Shown: positions 1 to 9,394 of the stretch, piece by piece
Layout of the letters: every line of letters begins with the position of its first letter
How positions within the stretch are numbered: position 1 is the stretch's first letter
Assembly: GCA_016182185.1 (NCBI GenBank)
Contig: JACOXU010000002.1
Location: 22,874-86,873, forward strand
From: Candidatus Levyibacteriota bacterium
GTDB taxonomy: Bacteria > Patescibacteriota > Microgenomatia > Levybacterales > UBA12049
Reading direction: 5' to 3'
Length of the DNA stretch: 64,000 nucleotides
The notes under the pieces: generated by a model
Told to the model about the DNA's origin: nothing
What the model saw: the letters and a program-made list of their open reading frames with translations, nothing else
Databases searched by the model: none
Position numbers and translations under genes: made by a program

Positions 1-203
1 TGAAAATAAAAAGCAGTGAAAATATCCGCCATGCCCAGGGGCCCTGCTGAGTGTCCGGAGCCTGCCTCAAGCAAAGTTTCGATAATTAGCTCGCGGGTCT
101 TAACAGCTGTAAGTTCAAGCTCTTTAAGTTTGTCTTCGTATAATTCTTCAACCATATATATTTTAAATATAAAATATAAAAGATAAAAAATACAGATCAA
201 AAA

Positions 204-575
204 TCAAATATTTTTATTCTTCCCTTTTAAGGTTAACAGACTTGAGCCAAATATTCTAGAGATCTCATCCAATTCTTTAAGCAAAAAAGCAGTTTTATCT
301 CTATCTACATTATCTGTATCTTTAAGCAATGCAATCCAAACCTTACTTTCATTTGCGGATTTTAAGGAATAATTAAAGTAATTTGTGTAATCTTTTTTTG
401 AACTTGCGGCGTGCCCCTCAATATAGTTGGCTAAGATACTTGTTATGCTTCTTATCAATTGATCTCCAATTATTCTTGATGTGGAAGATTTTTTTGCACT
501 TTCCACCAGTTTAATTGTTTGTAAGATCAGAACATATAATCTTTTTTTAAATTCTTTTGTTTTCTCATTTTTCAT
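204..575 (-). CDS. Four-helix-bundle protein of the 23S rRNA intervening-sequence protein family
   Basis: 123 aa. The 'IIGDQLIRSITSILANYIEG' segment matches the conserved core of this family; ATG at 573-575 on the minus strand. Confidence 0.5.
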   Translation of the reverse strand: MKNEKTKEFKKRLYVLILQTIKLVESAKKSSTSRIIGDQLIRSITSILANYIEGHAASSKKDYTNYFNYSLKSANESKVWIALLKDTDNVDRDKTAFLLKELDEISRIFGSSLLTLKGKNKNI

Positions 576-597
576 TTTTAATATGCATATTCTATAT

Positions 598-1887
598 TTA
601 ATCTTTTATTTTTAATATTATTATAAGGTCGGAGACGTTTGAGGGGAGTCTGCCAGTTTCAATTCCATCACCTGTTTTCTCAAAAAACTCCAGACTATTG
701 TCCGTCTCTAGGAATTTTAGGGGTTCAACCCCTAATTCATTTGCGCGTTCAATGGTTTTGTGATCTCCGAACGCTCCTGCAAAGCGAGAATTATCCCAAC
801 CGTCCGAATCAAAAGATGAAATCACGGTTTTTTCATTCAGAAATTGTAAAGTCGCAAGTACCAACTCCTGATTTCGCCCTCCTTGTCCGTGCTCTCCTTT
901 GACTTTTACAGTTGTTTCCCCTCCCACTAAAAGGACCGAATTGTCAGAAGTTTTCTCTACGAGTTCTTTTCCAACTTCTCTGGCTATTCCCTGAAATTTG
1001 TCGGAAAATATCTCTGCTTTAAGCCCAAGTTCTTGGGCTTTTTTTTGCATAGCTGAAAGGGCGGTCAGATTGCTCAAGATCAAAAGATTGGAAACATTTT
1101 CAAAATACTTATCGTCTTTGGGATTTTCGGAAAATTCTTCACGCGTAAGTTCTAACTTTTCCCAGAGATTATATTTTTCAAGAAGTTCTATCGCATCATC
1201 AACAGTTGTATGATCTTTGACTGTTGGACCCGATGCTATAAAAGATAGATCGTTTCCCGGAACATCTGAAAATATCAAAGTCGCAATATTTGATGGATAA
1301 AGAATTTCCGAAAGTCCGCCTCCTTTGACAGTTGAGAGATGCTTCCTTATTGTGTTCATTTCGATTATATCAGCACCTGACTCAAGAAGCGCTTTCCCAA
1401 CCTCTATTTTTTTCTCAAGACTGATGCGATAGGGATGGACGAGCATGGCCGAACCTCCGCCGCAGACTACGATTATTACAAGATCTCTTTCTGTAAGATT
1501 TAAATCTTTGAACCTTTTTATAACCGAATCGGTAAATTCTACATTTTGCTGAGAAGGAAGAGGATGTGCGCCTTGAGTGAATTTGATCTTTGCAAAATTT
1601 TCTGAATTTGTATCAATAACAAAGCCTTCGGTTAGTTTCCCTCCGAGCTTTCCCTCGATTAACTTAGAATTCTTGGCAGATCCTTTACCAAAGCCAAGAA
1701 GAAAGATCCTGTCGAAATTTTCAATATTAAAAGTCTTATCATTTATAAAGAGTTTGTTATTTTCCAGTTTGACATTTTTATTAATTACCTCTTCAGGCTG
1801 GATGGAAGATAGGGCAGCTTCGATAAGCTCAAGGACTATTTTTCTGTTGGGAGTTTTGGCAAGATTATCAAAATTTTTAATAAACAT
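598..1887 (-). CDS. Glycerate kinase (MOFRL family, GckA/TtuD-like glycerate 2-kinase)
   Basis: 429 aa. C-terminal 'LLVGGETTVKV...GQGGRNQE' matches the MOFRL signature; N-terminal DUF4147-like part present. Confidence 0.65.
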   Translation of the reverse strand: MFIKNFDNLAKTPNRKIVLELIEAALSSIQPEEVINKNVKLENNKLFINDKTFNIENFDRIFLLGFGKGSAKNSKLIEGKLGGKLTEGFVIDTNSENFAKIKFTQGAHPLPSQQNVEFTDSVIKRFKDLNLTERDLVIIVVCGGGSAMLVHPYRISLEKKIEVGKALLESGADIIEMNTIRKHLSTVKGGGLSEILYPSNIATLIFSDVPGNDLSFIASGPTVKDHTTVDDAIELLEKYNLWEKLELTREEFSENPKDDKYFENVSNLLILSNLTALSAMQKKAQELGLKAEIFSDKFQGIAREVGKELVEKTSDNSVLLVGGETTVKVKGEHGQGGRNQELVLATLQFLNEKTVISSFDSDGWDNSRFAGAFGDHKTIERANELGVEPLKFLETDNSLEFFEKTGDGIETGRLPSNVSDLIIILKIKD

Positions 1888-1989
1888 TGTGATTAAGTTT
1901 GACCGAGATTGACAGAGTTTATAAATAAGTGTATCCTATTTGTAGAAGTTTGACAATTACATAGGGAAATCCTTTTGAAAGGGCTGCCT

Positions 1990-2739
1990 ATGAATGCGGA
2001 AACAGGGAAATTATTACATTTTCCAGAACATTCTAAATCATCTGCTCCGCTTTTGCGATTCTCCGAACCGTTTACCCTTCTTGATTTTTCAAAAGCAAAA
2101 TTAGAAAGACAGAAGCTGGAAATGACAGCAAGACGACAAGATGTGATAGAACTGCAGAAATTTCAAATAACAAATCAGATAGAAAGACTTATTAATTTTG
2201 GATTTCATCGAGAATTAGGCCAAGATGAAGCTGAATATACGCAAACGTTTTCAGGTATTCTTGAGCAAGTTGAAAAATACAGAGGAAAATTTAACACTCC
2301 ACTTGTGGTTGAAGGAAGAGTTCCTCTTAAAAAACAGCATGAATTAGTGGGCATTGAAGAATTTTTCAATTCAGAAAAAATCAAGAATCATATAAAGATT
2401 CCTCAAGTACCCAATAACTGCCCTTTTATAATTTGGATTCCTAGTCCAAGAGATCTCAGAGAAGAAACAATCGCAGAATCTTTATCCGGGCTTCACGAAG
2501 GAGAGGTTGATTGCACTCAACTTGAAGTAACTTCTTTTTTCATTCATCATTCTGATTTCTTTAAAAGTAGCAAAATTATAATGACTGCAATGGGGTCACG
2601 TTTTAATGACAGCCACATTCCTTATATAGAATATTATAATAACAGGTCGCGTCTTGATGTGATCTCAGAATACGTCCGTCATCAGCAATCCGTGGCTTTG
2701 TTGCGTGGCGAAAGAATAACTTTCCCTCTTGCTGCATAA
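1990..2739 (+). CDS. Hypothetical protein
   Basis: Long ORF; the track start at 1975 is TTG and the first ATG is at 1990. No recognisable motif. Promoter-like TTGACA elements lie in the divergent region 1888-1974. Confidence 0.35.
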   Translation: MNAETGKLLHFPEHSKSSAPLLRFSEPFTLLDFSKAKLERQKLEMTARRQDVIELQKFQITNQIERLINFGFHRELGQDEAEYTQTFSGILEQVEKYRGKFNTPLVVEGRVPLKKQHELVGIEEFFNSEKIKNHIKIPQVPNNCPFIIWIPSPRDLREETIAESLSGLHEGEVDCTQLEVTSFFIHHSDFFKSSKIIMTAMGSRFNDSHIPYIEYYNNRSRLDVISEYVRHQQSVALLRGERITFPLAA

Positions 2740-2789
2740 GAATCTGTTTCCCTCTTGCTGCATTTTTTTTTCTGGTTTATACTATTTTA

Positions 2790-3845
2790 ATGATACGGGT
2801 TGCGATAAATGGCTATGGAAGAATTGGAAGAATTGCTCACAGGGTTATCCTTCAAAAACATACCCAGGAAATAGATGTTGTTGCCATCAATGCTGGTTCC
2901 TCAACAGATATTAAGGGCTGGATGTATCTCTTAAAGTATGACACGTCGTATGGAACACTCCGTGATCATACTTTAGAACTTAAATCTCAAAACTCAAATT
3001 TCAAAGATTCAATTGGATCACTTATTATTGACGGAAAAGAGATTCCGGTTATTTCTCAGAAGGATCCCGGTCTTTTGCCGTGGAGAGACTTAAATGTAGA
3101 TGTAGTCATTGAATCAACAGGACACTTTACTACGGCTGAGAAATTAAAGCCTCATATAGATTCTGGAGCCAAAGCTGTTGTTTTGTCGGCACCAGTTAAA
3201 GGAGGAGAGGTGCCAACTTATGTTATTTCAGTCAATTCAAATAATTATCAAGGCGAGAAGATAATTAATAATGCATCTTGTACTACAAATTGCATTACCC
3301 CGGTGGCAAAAGTAATGGTTGATCATTTTGGAGTGGAAAAGGCAATGATGACCACAATTCATGGCTATACATCAGATCAAAGGATTCAGGACGGAGGGCA
3401 CAAAGACTATAGACGCGCAAGAGCAGCCGCTGAGAATATAATTCCCACCTCAACTGGTGCGACAATTGCAGCAACCGAGGCCGTGCCAGAGCTTAAGGGC
3501 TTATTTAATGGCCTTGCGATAAGAGTTCCGGTCAAGGTCGGTTCACTTTCTGATTTTACTTTTCTTCTTAGAAGGGAAACGACAAAGGAAGAAGTGAATA
3601 ATGTTTTAAGAGAATCAGCCAATAACCCTGCTTTTAAAGGAATTCTTGAAGTAACAGAGGACCCCATTGTTTCAAGTGATATTATCGGTAATCCTCATTC
3701 GGCCATAGTTGATTTATCTCTGACTCAAGTTGTCGGTGGGAATCTGGTAAAAATCATTGCCTGGTATGATAACGAATACGGCTATTCAAGTCGTTTGATT
3801 GAAGAGGTAATTATGATGGGAAACAGATTAAATCCTAATTTCTAA
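2790..3845 (+). CDS. gap: Glyceraldehyde-3-phosphate dehydrogenase, type I
   Basis: N-terminal 'VAINGYGRIGR' Rossmann motif and active-site 'ASCTTNCITP'; 351 aa. Confidence 0.9.
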   Translation: MIRVAINGYGRIGRIAHRVILQKHTQEIDVVAINAGSSTDIKGWMYLLKYDTSYGTLRDHTLELKSQNSNFKDSIGSLIIDGKEIPVISQKDPGLLPWRDLNVDVVIESTGHFTTAEKLKPHIDSGAKAVVLSAPVKGGEVPTYVISVNSNNYQGEKIINNASCTTNCITPVAKVMVDHFGVEKAMMTTIHGYTSDQRIQDGGHKDYRRARAAAENIIPTSTGATIAATEAVPELKGLFNGLAIRVPVKVGSLSDFTFLLRRETTKEEVNNVLRESANNPAFKGILEVTEDPIVSSDIIGNPHSAIVDLSLTQVVGGNLVKIIAWYDNEYGYSSRLIEEVIMMGNRLNPNF

Positions 3846-3895
3846 TATCTAATTTCTAAATAAATTCCAAGTTCCAAAATCAAAATTTAAAACTA
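3846..3895. repeat. Copy of a dispersed AT-rich short repeat (taatttctaaataaattccaa...caaaat)
   Basis: Shares 'taatttctaaa[ct]aaat' with 61511-61575 and 'aaataaattccaa' with 22110-22125. Confidence 0.3.
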
Positions 3896-3927
3896 TTTGA
3901 GATTTAAGTATTAGAATTTTTAAAAGC

Positions 3928-4515
3928 ATGAATACTCCAGCAGAGCTTCCAAATATTAGAAATATTACTGTCTCGGGGAGAATTGGTTCAGGTGCCACGA
4001 CCTTGGCGAAGAAACTAGCAGAAATTTTGAAATGGGAGATGCTTGAAGGCGGACAAATAATGAGAAAGGCAAATATTGATGCTGGAGCATCAGTGATCGA
4101 AACTGACAAAAGACCTGATGACGCAGATCTTAAATATGAAGAAATGGTCAAAAAAATTTTAAAAGAAGAAAATCACCATATTATTCAAAGTCACCTAGCA
4201 GGTTTTGATGCGCAGGCAATTGAAGGGGTTTTTAAAATTTGTGTAATCTGTGAAGATGAAGAGGGGAATGACAAGACAGATATACGAATTGACCGCTTGG
4301 TAAATCGGGATAAAATCTCAGTTGATGAGGCTAAATATGAAATCAAAGAAAGAGAAGAAAGAAATCTTAAGAAATGGCGAAGGCTTTATGCCAAGAATGA
4401 TTCAAGCTGGATTTATTGGGACAAAAATTATTATGACTTAGTAATTAATACCTACTCCCATAATCCAAGAGAAACCCTCGACCTCGCCCTTGAAAACATA
4501 GGATTCAAGAGCTAG
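3928..4515 (+). CDS. P-loop nucleotide kinase, cytidylate-kinase-like
   Basis: Walker A 'SGRIGSGATTLAKKLA' near the N-terminus; about 195 aa, similar in layout to archaeal-type CMP kinases. Confidence 0.45.
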   Translation: MNTPAELPNIRNITVSGRIGSGATTLAKKLAEILKWEMLEGGQIMRKANIDAGASVIETDKRPDDADLKYEEMVKKILKEENHHIIQSHLAGFDAQAIEGVFKICVICEDEEGNDKTDIRIDRLVNRDKISVDEAKYEIKEREERNLKKWRRLYAKNDSSWIYWDKNYYDLVINTYSHNPRETLDLALENIGFKS

Positions 4516-5465
4516 TCTTTTCTTGCTTTCATATAGTAGTCGATTATCTCGTCTCTTATTTCAGGAGTAGCTGCAGCAATGAAAAAAGGAACCTTTCCTT
4601 CTACGTACAGCTGAGGATTTTCGTAAAACTCAGGAGTAAGTTTTATCTCCTCATATGAACCATCAGGATTTACACTTACCACTGTGCATTTCGCCGAACG
4701 CGCCAGAGTAAATCCAGGAAAAATTTCAGAGTATGGTTCATCGAACATCACATATGCATCGACAGAACCATTTGCTAAAAGACCGTATATAAATGCTCCT
4801 CCTCCTGCATAAAGTCTTGCCTTTGGTGGCATGTCTTCAATCATTTTTCCAAAATGTTTAAAAAATTTCAACGAATATTCTTTACTTCCTAAATAGCTTG
4901 CAATTGTTGCCTTGTCATCTTTAAGAGTTGTTCTTCTTGAAGCAAAAACTTGACTGTAGTGGTCTGGCATTTCAGTATCGAGTTCGTACACTCCGCCATC
5001 GTGCGCTATAAAAGCCTTTCTATCTCTTATGTTACATACAGCACCTGCAATTGGTTTCCCATCTAAAGAATAAGCACTGACTACCGTGTAGACTGGGGTG
5101 TCGAGTCCTCTCATGTACTCACTAGAATTGTCGAATGCATCAATCGGTATTATAACTTGAGGCTGTCCAAATTCAGTAAAAGTAGGAGGATTATGTTCCC
5201 CCAAGACAATAGCGGGTAGCTGAATATCTCTTATTAGGTTCGCCAATAAATCCTCTCCGTAAGAATCAATACCCAATTGATCGTCCTCTGGTCTTCCGGG
5301 CACCGATCCTATTATTACTTTTCCCTCTCCTCTCCTGACTGTCGGATACAATGCCTTAATTGATTCCCTAGCGTAATCATTTATAACCCTACGAGTTCTT
5401 ACAGTTATTTCTCTCCGCGATAAAGGCTCTCCAGTTAGTCTGCCTAGTTCATTACCGTTTCCCAT
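4512..5465 (-). CDS. Inositol-monophosphatase/fructose-1,6-bisphosphatase family phosphatase
   Basis: 317 aa; metal-binding 'IIPIDAFDNSSEY' (DPIDGT-like) motif. Confidence 0.5.
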   Translation of the reverse strand: MGNGNELGRLTGEPLSRREITVRTRRVINDYARESIKALYPTVRRGEGKVIIGSVPGRPEDDQLGIDSYGEDLLANLIRDIQLPAIVLGEHNPPTFTEFGQPQVIIPIDAFDNSSEYMRGLDTPVYTVVSAYSLDGKPIAGAVCNIRDRKAFIAHDGGVYELDTEMPDHYSQVFASRRTTLKDDKATIASYLGSKEYSLKFFKHFGKMIEDMPPKARLYAGGGAFIYGLLANGSVDAYVMFDEPYSEIFPGFTLARSAKCTVVSVNPDGSYEEIKLTPEFYENPQLYVEGKVPFFIAAATPEIRDEIIDYYMKARKD

Positions 5466-5554
5466 AGCATAAATACTGGGTTTTTGCCCAGAGTTTTAGG
5501 CTTATATCACACCCTCTTGCTATTTGTCAAGTTTAATGATAAATTAAAGGCGCA

Positions 5555-6148
5555 ATGATGGCGAAAAAGAGCGATTATCTTGAGTTCCTCAAGATAGTTG
5601 GAAAATCAAAGAGACTTTTAAGAACCGGATGGGTAAGAGAGGGTATAAAAAACCCGGAAAGCATCGCTGCTCATTCATTTCGTGTAGGCGTTCTCACGAT
5701 GACAGTGGCCGATGAATTAAAAATTGACAAGGATAAGTTAATGAAAATGTCTCTTATTCACAGTCTTGGGGAGGCAATAACAGAAGACAAAGTTTGGGTT
5801 AGGTGGGGAGTCGTAGATTTAAAGGCAAGGAAAGTTAAAGAAGAACAGGAAATAAGAGGAATAGTAGGTCTTTTTAACGGAATTGAAGGAGGAGAGGAGT
5901 ACATTGAGATATTCGAAGAAATGATCTTGCGGTCTTCAAAAGAAGCTAAACTTTTCTGGCAGATTGACAAGCTTGAAATGTCACTACAGGCATATGAGTA
6001 TGAAGAAGAACAAAATAAAAAGCTGGATGAGTTTTTTGCAACTGCTGATTTATATATAAAAGAGCCGTTTTTAAGAGAGATGTTTGATGAAATTATGAGA
6101 AAAAGAGAGGAAAGGGGAAAAACCTTAACAAAACATGAAAGTCTCTGA
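5555..6148 (+). CDS. HD-domain phosphohydrolase, YfbR-like
   Basis: H..H...HD pattern: 'AAHSFRV' ... 'LIHSLGEA'. Confidence 0.55.
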   Translation: MMAKKSDYLEFLKIVGKSKRLLRTGWVREGIKNPESIAAHSFRVGVLTMTVADELKIDKDKLMKMSLIHSLGEAITEDKVWVRWGVVDLKARKVKEEQEIRGIVGLFNGIEGGEEYIEIFEEMILRSSKEAKLFWQIDKLEMSLQAYEYEEEQNKKLDEFFATADLYIKEPFLREMFDEIMRKREERGKTLTKHESL

Positions 6149-7400
6149 TGCGATGTCCAAAAATGTTGACTCTGTACGTACAGATACAAAAGTCAAGGAT
6201 GTCTCACTTCTTATCTTCGGACGCGGTATTAATGGCGTCCCGGTCTTAAAGGGAAAAAAAGTAGTAGGATTTATTACTGAAAGAGATATACTTGCAAAAT
6301 TTTATCCTTCGATATCCGAATATGCCGAGGACCCGTTTCGAGAAGGAAATTTTGAAGAGATGGAGGACAAGGTTGATGAGATTTTTGAGATGCCAGCCGA
6401 TAAGATCATGAGTACTCAAGTAACATTGGTTACTCCCAATACTCCACTTCTTCGAGCTCAATCCCGAATGTTTATAGAAAAAGTAGGGAGACTTCCCGTG
6501 ATAGACAAGAGCGGGAACTTAGTAGGTATTATTTCAAAAGGGGATATCTTCAGAACTTTAGTTGGGGACAGGCTTCTTTTTACAGAAAACGAGGAATATA
6601 ATGACTGGCTTTCCAAAACTTATTACGCCTCTGTCGACATTAAAGACAGATTGGGGCACGAAGTTCCCGATCTTCTAAAAATTTTTGCCCAAAACGAAGT
6701 AAAAAGAATTCTTGACATTGGCTGCGGAACAGGAGATCACGCAATTGATTTTGCGAGAAGAGGGTTTGAGGTAGTTGGGATCGATCGAAGTCAAGGCATG
6801 ATAAGAGAGGCAAATAAAAGAAGACAAGTTCTCTCAAAAGAAGCATCAGAAAGACTTAAATTCTACTGCTCAGACCTTGAAAGCTTTATTCCTAAAATAA
6901 AAACTACGTTTGATGCAGCACTTTTTTTAGGCAATACTATTTCCCATAATCCCCATAACTATCAAGAATTAATAGCAAGAACTTCAAAACATCTATCAGA
7001 AAAAGGAGTCATGGTGCTTCAAATTACAAATTTTAATAAGATTCTGAAGGTGAGGAATAGAATTTTAGGTCTTAATTTTGCAGTGAACAAGGCAGAGCCC
7101 AATAGAGAATACGCATTTGTGGAATTTTATGATAATCCTTCCGATCACGGTAAAACCATACTTAAAACTTTTGCCATACTGACATCAGATGGTGGAAAAA
7201 GATGGAAGTCAACCGGTGTAAGAAATAGTGTCATGGCCTATCTTAACAAAGACAAAATAAATGCCGTTCTTAAAAGAAATGGATTTTCAAAAATTTCTGT
7301 TTTTGGAGGAGCTTTTGACGGAAGACATTGGGACTTTCTATTTAGAAAACCATTTAAAGAACTTGAGAGCGATTGGCTAAATGTTGTTGCAATAAGATAA
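6135..7400 (+). CDS. CBS-pair domain fused to a class I SAM-dependent methyltransferase
   Basis: Two CBS-like repeats in the N-terminal half; 'ILDIGCGTGDHAIDFARRGFEVVGIDRS' SAM-binding motif I/II in the C-terminal half. Confidence 0.6.
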   Translation: MKVSDAMSKNVDSVRTDTKVKDVSLLIFGRGINGVPVLKGKKVVGFITERDILAKFYPSISEYAEDPFREGNFEEMEDKVDEIFEMPADKIMSTQVTLVTPNTPLLRAQSRMFIEKVGRLPVIDKSGNLVGIISKGDIFRTLVGDRLLFTENEEYNDWLSKTYYASVDIKDRLGHEVPDLLKIFAQNEVKRILDIGCGTGDHAIDFARRGFEVVGIDRSQGMIREANKRRQVLSKEASERLKFYCSDLESFIPKIKTTFDAALFLGNTISHNPHNYQELIARTSKHLSEKGVMVLQITNFNKILKVRNRILGLNFAVNKAEPNREYAFVEFYDNPSDHGKTILKTFAILTSDGGKRWKSTGVRNSVMAYLNKDKINAVLKRNGFSKISVFGGAFDGRHWDFLFRKPFKELESDWLNVVAIR

Positions 7401-7412
7401 AAACAGAATTAT

Positions 7413-7967
7413 ATGAAAAAAATCCTTTTTCTTCTGGTCTTTTTCTCATTTTATTCTTTCAGTATTAATTTTTCTTTTGCTCAGGGAGCTCAAGATTCAA
7501 CTGCCTCGGCAGAAGTTACAGAGGAGATTAAGTACGCTTTGCCATACCCCGGTCTTCTTCCTGATAACCCATTATATTTTCTTAAAGCAATAAGAGATAG
7601 GGTGGTAAACTTCCTGATATCCGATTCTGTTAAAAAAGCAGATTTTAATTTACTTCAAGCAGATAAACGTTTAAATGAAGGAGTAATGTTATTTGAAAAA
7701 GGAAAGGCAAAGCATAGTTTGGCAGTTACTACTGTCTCAAAAGCGGAAAACTATTTTGATGAGGCAATAAGGCAAATCAATCAAGCAAAGGAACAGAAAA
7801 AAGAAACAAAAGATATTACTGGGCGGCTTTATCAGGCGGCGTTGAAGCATGAAGAGGTTATCAAAAATTTAGAAGTTAAAGCAGAAGGTCAGATCAAAGA
7901 CGGATTAAAAAGTCAAGCTCAAAGAGTAGCTGGTTTTCAAAAAAGGGTCAAAGAATTAATGCTGTAA
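7413..7967 (+). CDS. Secreted coiled-coil protein, hypothetical
   Basis: N-terminal signal peptide ending in a 'SFAQGA' cleavage-like site; conserved 'LPYPGLLPDNPLYFLK'. Confidence 0.4.
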   Translation: MKKILFLLVFFSFYSFSINFSFAQGAQDSTASAEVTEEIKYALPYPGLLPDNPLYFLKAIRDRVVNFLISDSVKKADFNLLQADKRLNEGVMLFEKGKAKHSLAVTTVSKAENYFDEAIRQINQAKEQKKETKDITGRLYQAALKHEEVIKNLEVKAEGQIKDGLKSQAQRVAGFQKRVKELML

Positions 7968-8166
7968 CGACAGGATAAATAGCTAAGATTGAATAATATT
8001 TATTCCGACATTTACAAGCGAACTTGAACAACCCACATTTTTTTTACTCTATTTCTAACCCAAAATCTCCGAGAAGAAAAAACCGAGGCTAAATTAAAAC
8101 CTGATATTTTTTGATCTACTTATTTCTAGTTGACAGGGTAGATTTAGTGTAATACGATTTGTCTTG

Positions 8167-8182
8167 ACACTATTTGTAGTGT
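8167..8182. promoter_or_regulatory. NrdR-box-like 16-bp palindrome ACACTATTTGTAGTGT upstream of nrdR
   Basis: Matches the NrdR box consensus acaCwAtATaTwGtgt at 14 of 16 positions; perfect ACACTA/TAGTGT arms; 23 nt upstream of the nrdR ATG and overlapping a TTGACA. Confidence 0.5.
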
Positions 8183-8204
8183 TTGAGCATGGAAGCTAGC
8201 TTAT

Positions 8205-8654
8205 ATGAAGTGTCCATACTGCGGATCGACGGAAACAGAAGTAGTTGAAACAAGAGACAGTGAAGATTTAGAAACAATAAGAAGAAGAAGATCATGCTTA
8301 ACATGCGATAAGCGATTTACAACATACGAAAGAGTAGAAAATATCAATTTAGTAGTAATTAAGAAAGACGGGAGAAGAGAACAGTTTAACAGAGACAAAT
8401 TAAAAAGCGGAATAATAAGGTCTTGCGAAAAAACAAAAGTATCGCTTGAGGACATAGAAAGAATTGTAACAGAGGTTGAAAGGGAGCTGCGAGGAGCAGA
8501 TTCACTGGAAATAGATAGTAAAAAAATAGGACAAATGGTAGCGACAAGACTCAAAAAGATAGATAAAGTTGCATATATCAGATTTTCAAGTGTTTTTAAA
8601 AGATTTGTAGATGTTGAGGATTTTGAAAAAGAAGTAAAGAGGCTGATAAAATAA
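8205..8654 (+). CDS. nrdR: Transcriptional repressor NrdR
   Basis: N-terminal zinc ribbon 'MKCPYCGSTETEVVETR...CLTCDKRFTTYE' followed by an ATP-cone; 149 aa. Confidence 0.9.
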   Translation: MKCPYCGSTETEVVETRDSEDLETIRRRRSCLTCDKRFTTYERVENINLVVIKKDGRREQFNRDKLKSGIIRSCEKTKVSLEDIERIVTEVERELRGADSLEIDSKKIGQMVATRLKKIDKVAYIRFSSVFKRFVDVEDFEKEVKRLIK

Positions 8655-9073
8655 TGAAACAATTAAAAACAGAAATTATTGCCCTTTGCGATTATGCAAG
8701 CGTATCGAGAGAAGGAAAGTTAAGTATTAATGGGATTTTTGATGAGATAAGAGTTCAGCAATTTCCAGGAGGATTGTCTCGTGCATTTTTTGTAGCAACA
8801 GTTAATGGAGCCCCGGTAACTAAATATAAACTAAATTTAAAAATAGAACCATCTAAGGGTCTTGCTGGGGAGCAGAGTAGCTTTAATCTTGATACCTTCA
8901 CTGGCCCTAATGGCAAGAATAATTTAATAGTAGAACTCGCAGGTCTCGGATTTAAAGAAGAAGGTCATTACAAGTTTATTTTAAGCGAGGGAGATAAAGA
9001 GATTGACTCAACAGTTTTAAAAGTTTTTCAAAAGGATAAATATGCTACTAAGGATATAAAATTATCAAATTAA
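8654..9073 (+). CDS. Hypothetical protein, translationally coupled to nrdR
   Basis: ATG overlaps the nrdR stop (TAATG); 139 aa with no known motif. Confidence 0.45.
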   Translation: MKQLKTEIIALCDYASVSREGKLSINGIFDEIRVQQFPGGLSRAFFVATVNGAPVTKYKLNLKIEPSKGLAGEQSSFNLDTFTGPNGKNNLIVELAGLGFKEEGHYKFILSEGDKEIDSTVLKVFQKDKYATKDIKLSN

Positions 9074-9394
9074 TATGAGCAAATCGAGGTCAAATAGTTA
9101 TATTTTTAATTTATTCCCAATTAATGTATCTATATGTAATGGTAGGCATGATAGAGTTTTAATAAAAGGAAATTCTAATAGAATTACTACATCAGATACC
9201 AGTAATGGAGCTTCTTTGAAGGATCTAAGCGACAAATCTTTGGCAACCGTAACTCCTTTTACCAAATTAGTTATCTTTATTAAAGATATTGTTAATAGTC
9301 CGACATATAGTGAATTTTTATTAAAAACCATATTGCCAGTTGGTATTTATTTATTCAATGGTAGATCACCACCATTTTTTAATTAACAAAATTT

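Noticed and set aside
1975-2739. The TTG-start extension of the hypothetical ORF, and the TTG/GTG-start extensions of the ftsH, trxB, copA, acylphosphatase and 13925 ORFs
   Set aside because: In each case an in-frame ATG lies a short distance downstream and removes an overlap with the upstream gene. The shorter ATG-start models were preferred, though this is not certain.
9075-9386. 103-aa ORF between the nrdR-coupled gene and nrdJ
   Set aside because: N/S/I-rich low-complexity translation typical of AT-rich non-coding DNA, with no RBS. Treated as intergenic spacer. I looked there for a second NrdR box or a riboswitch and found only a half-site-like ATATAGTG.
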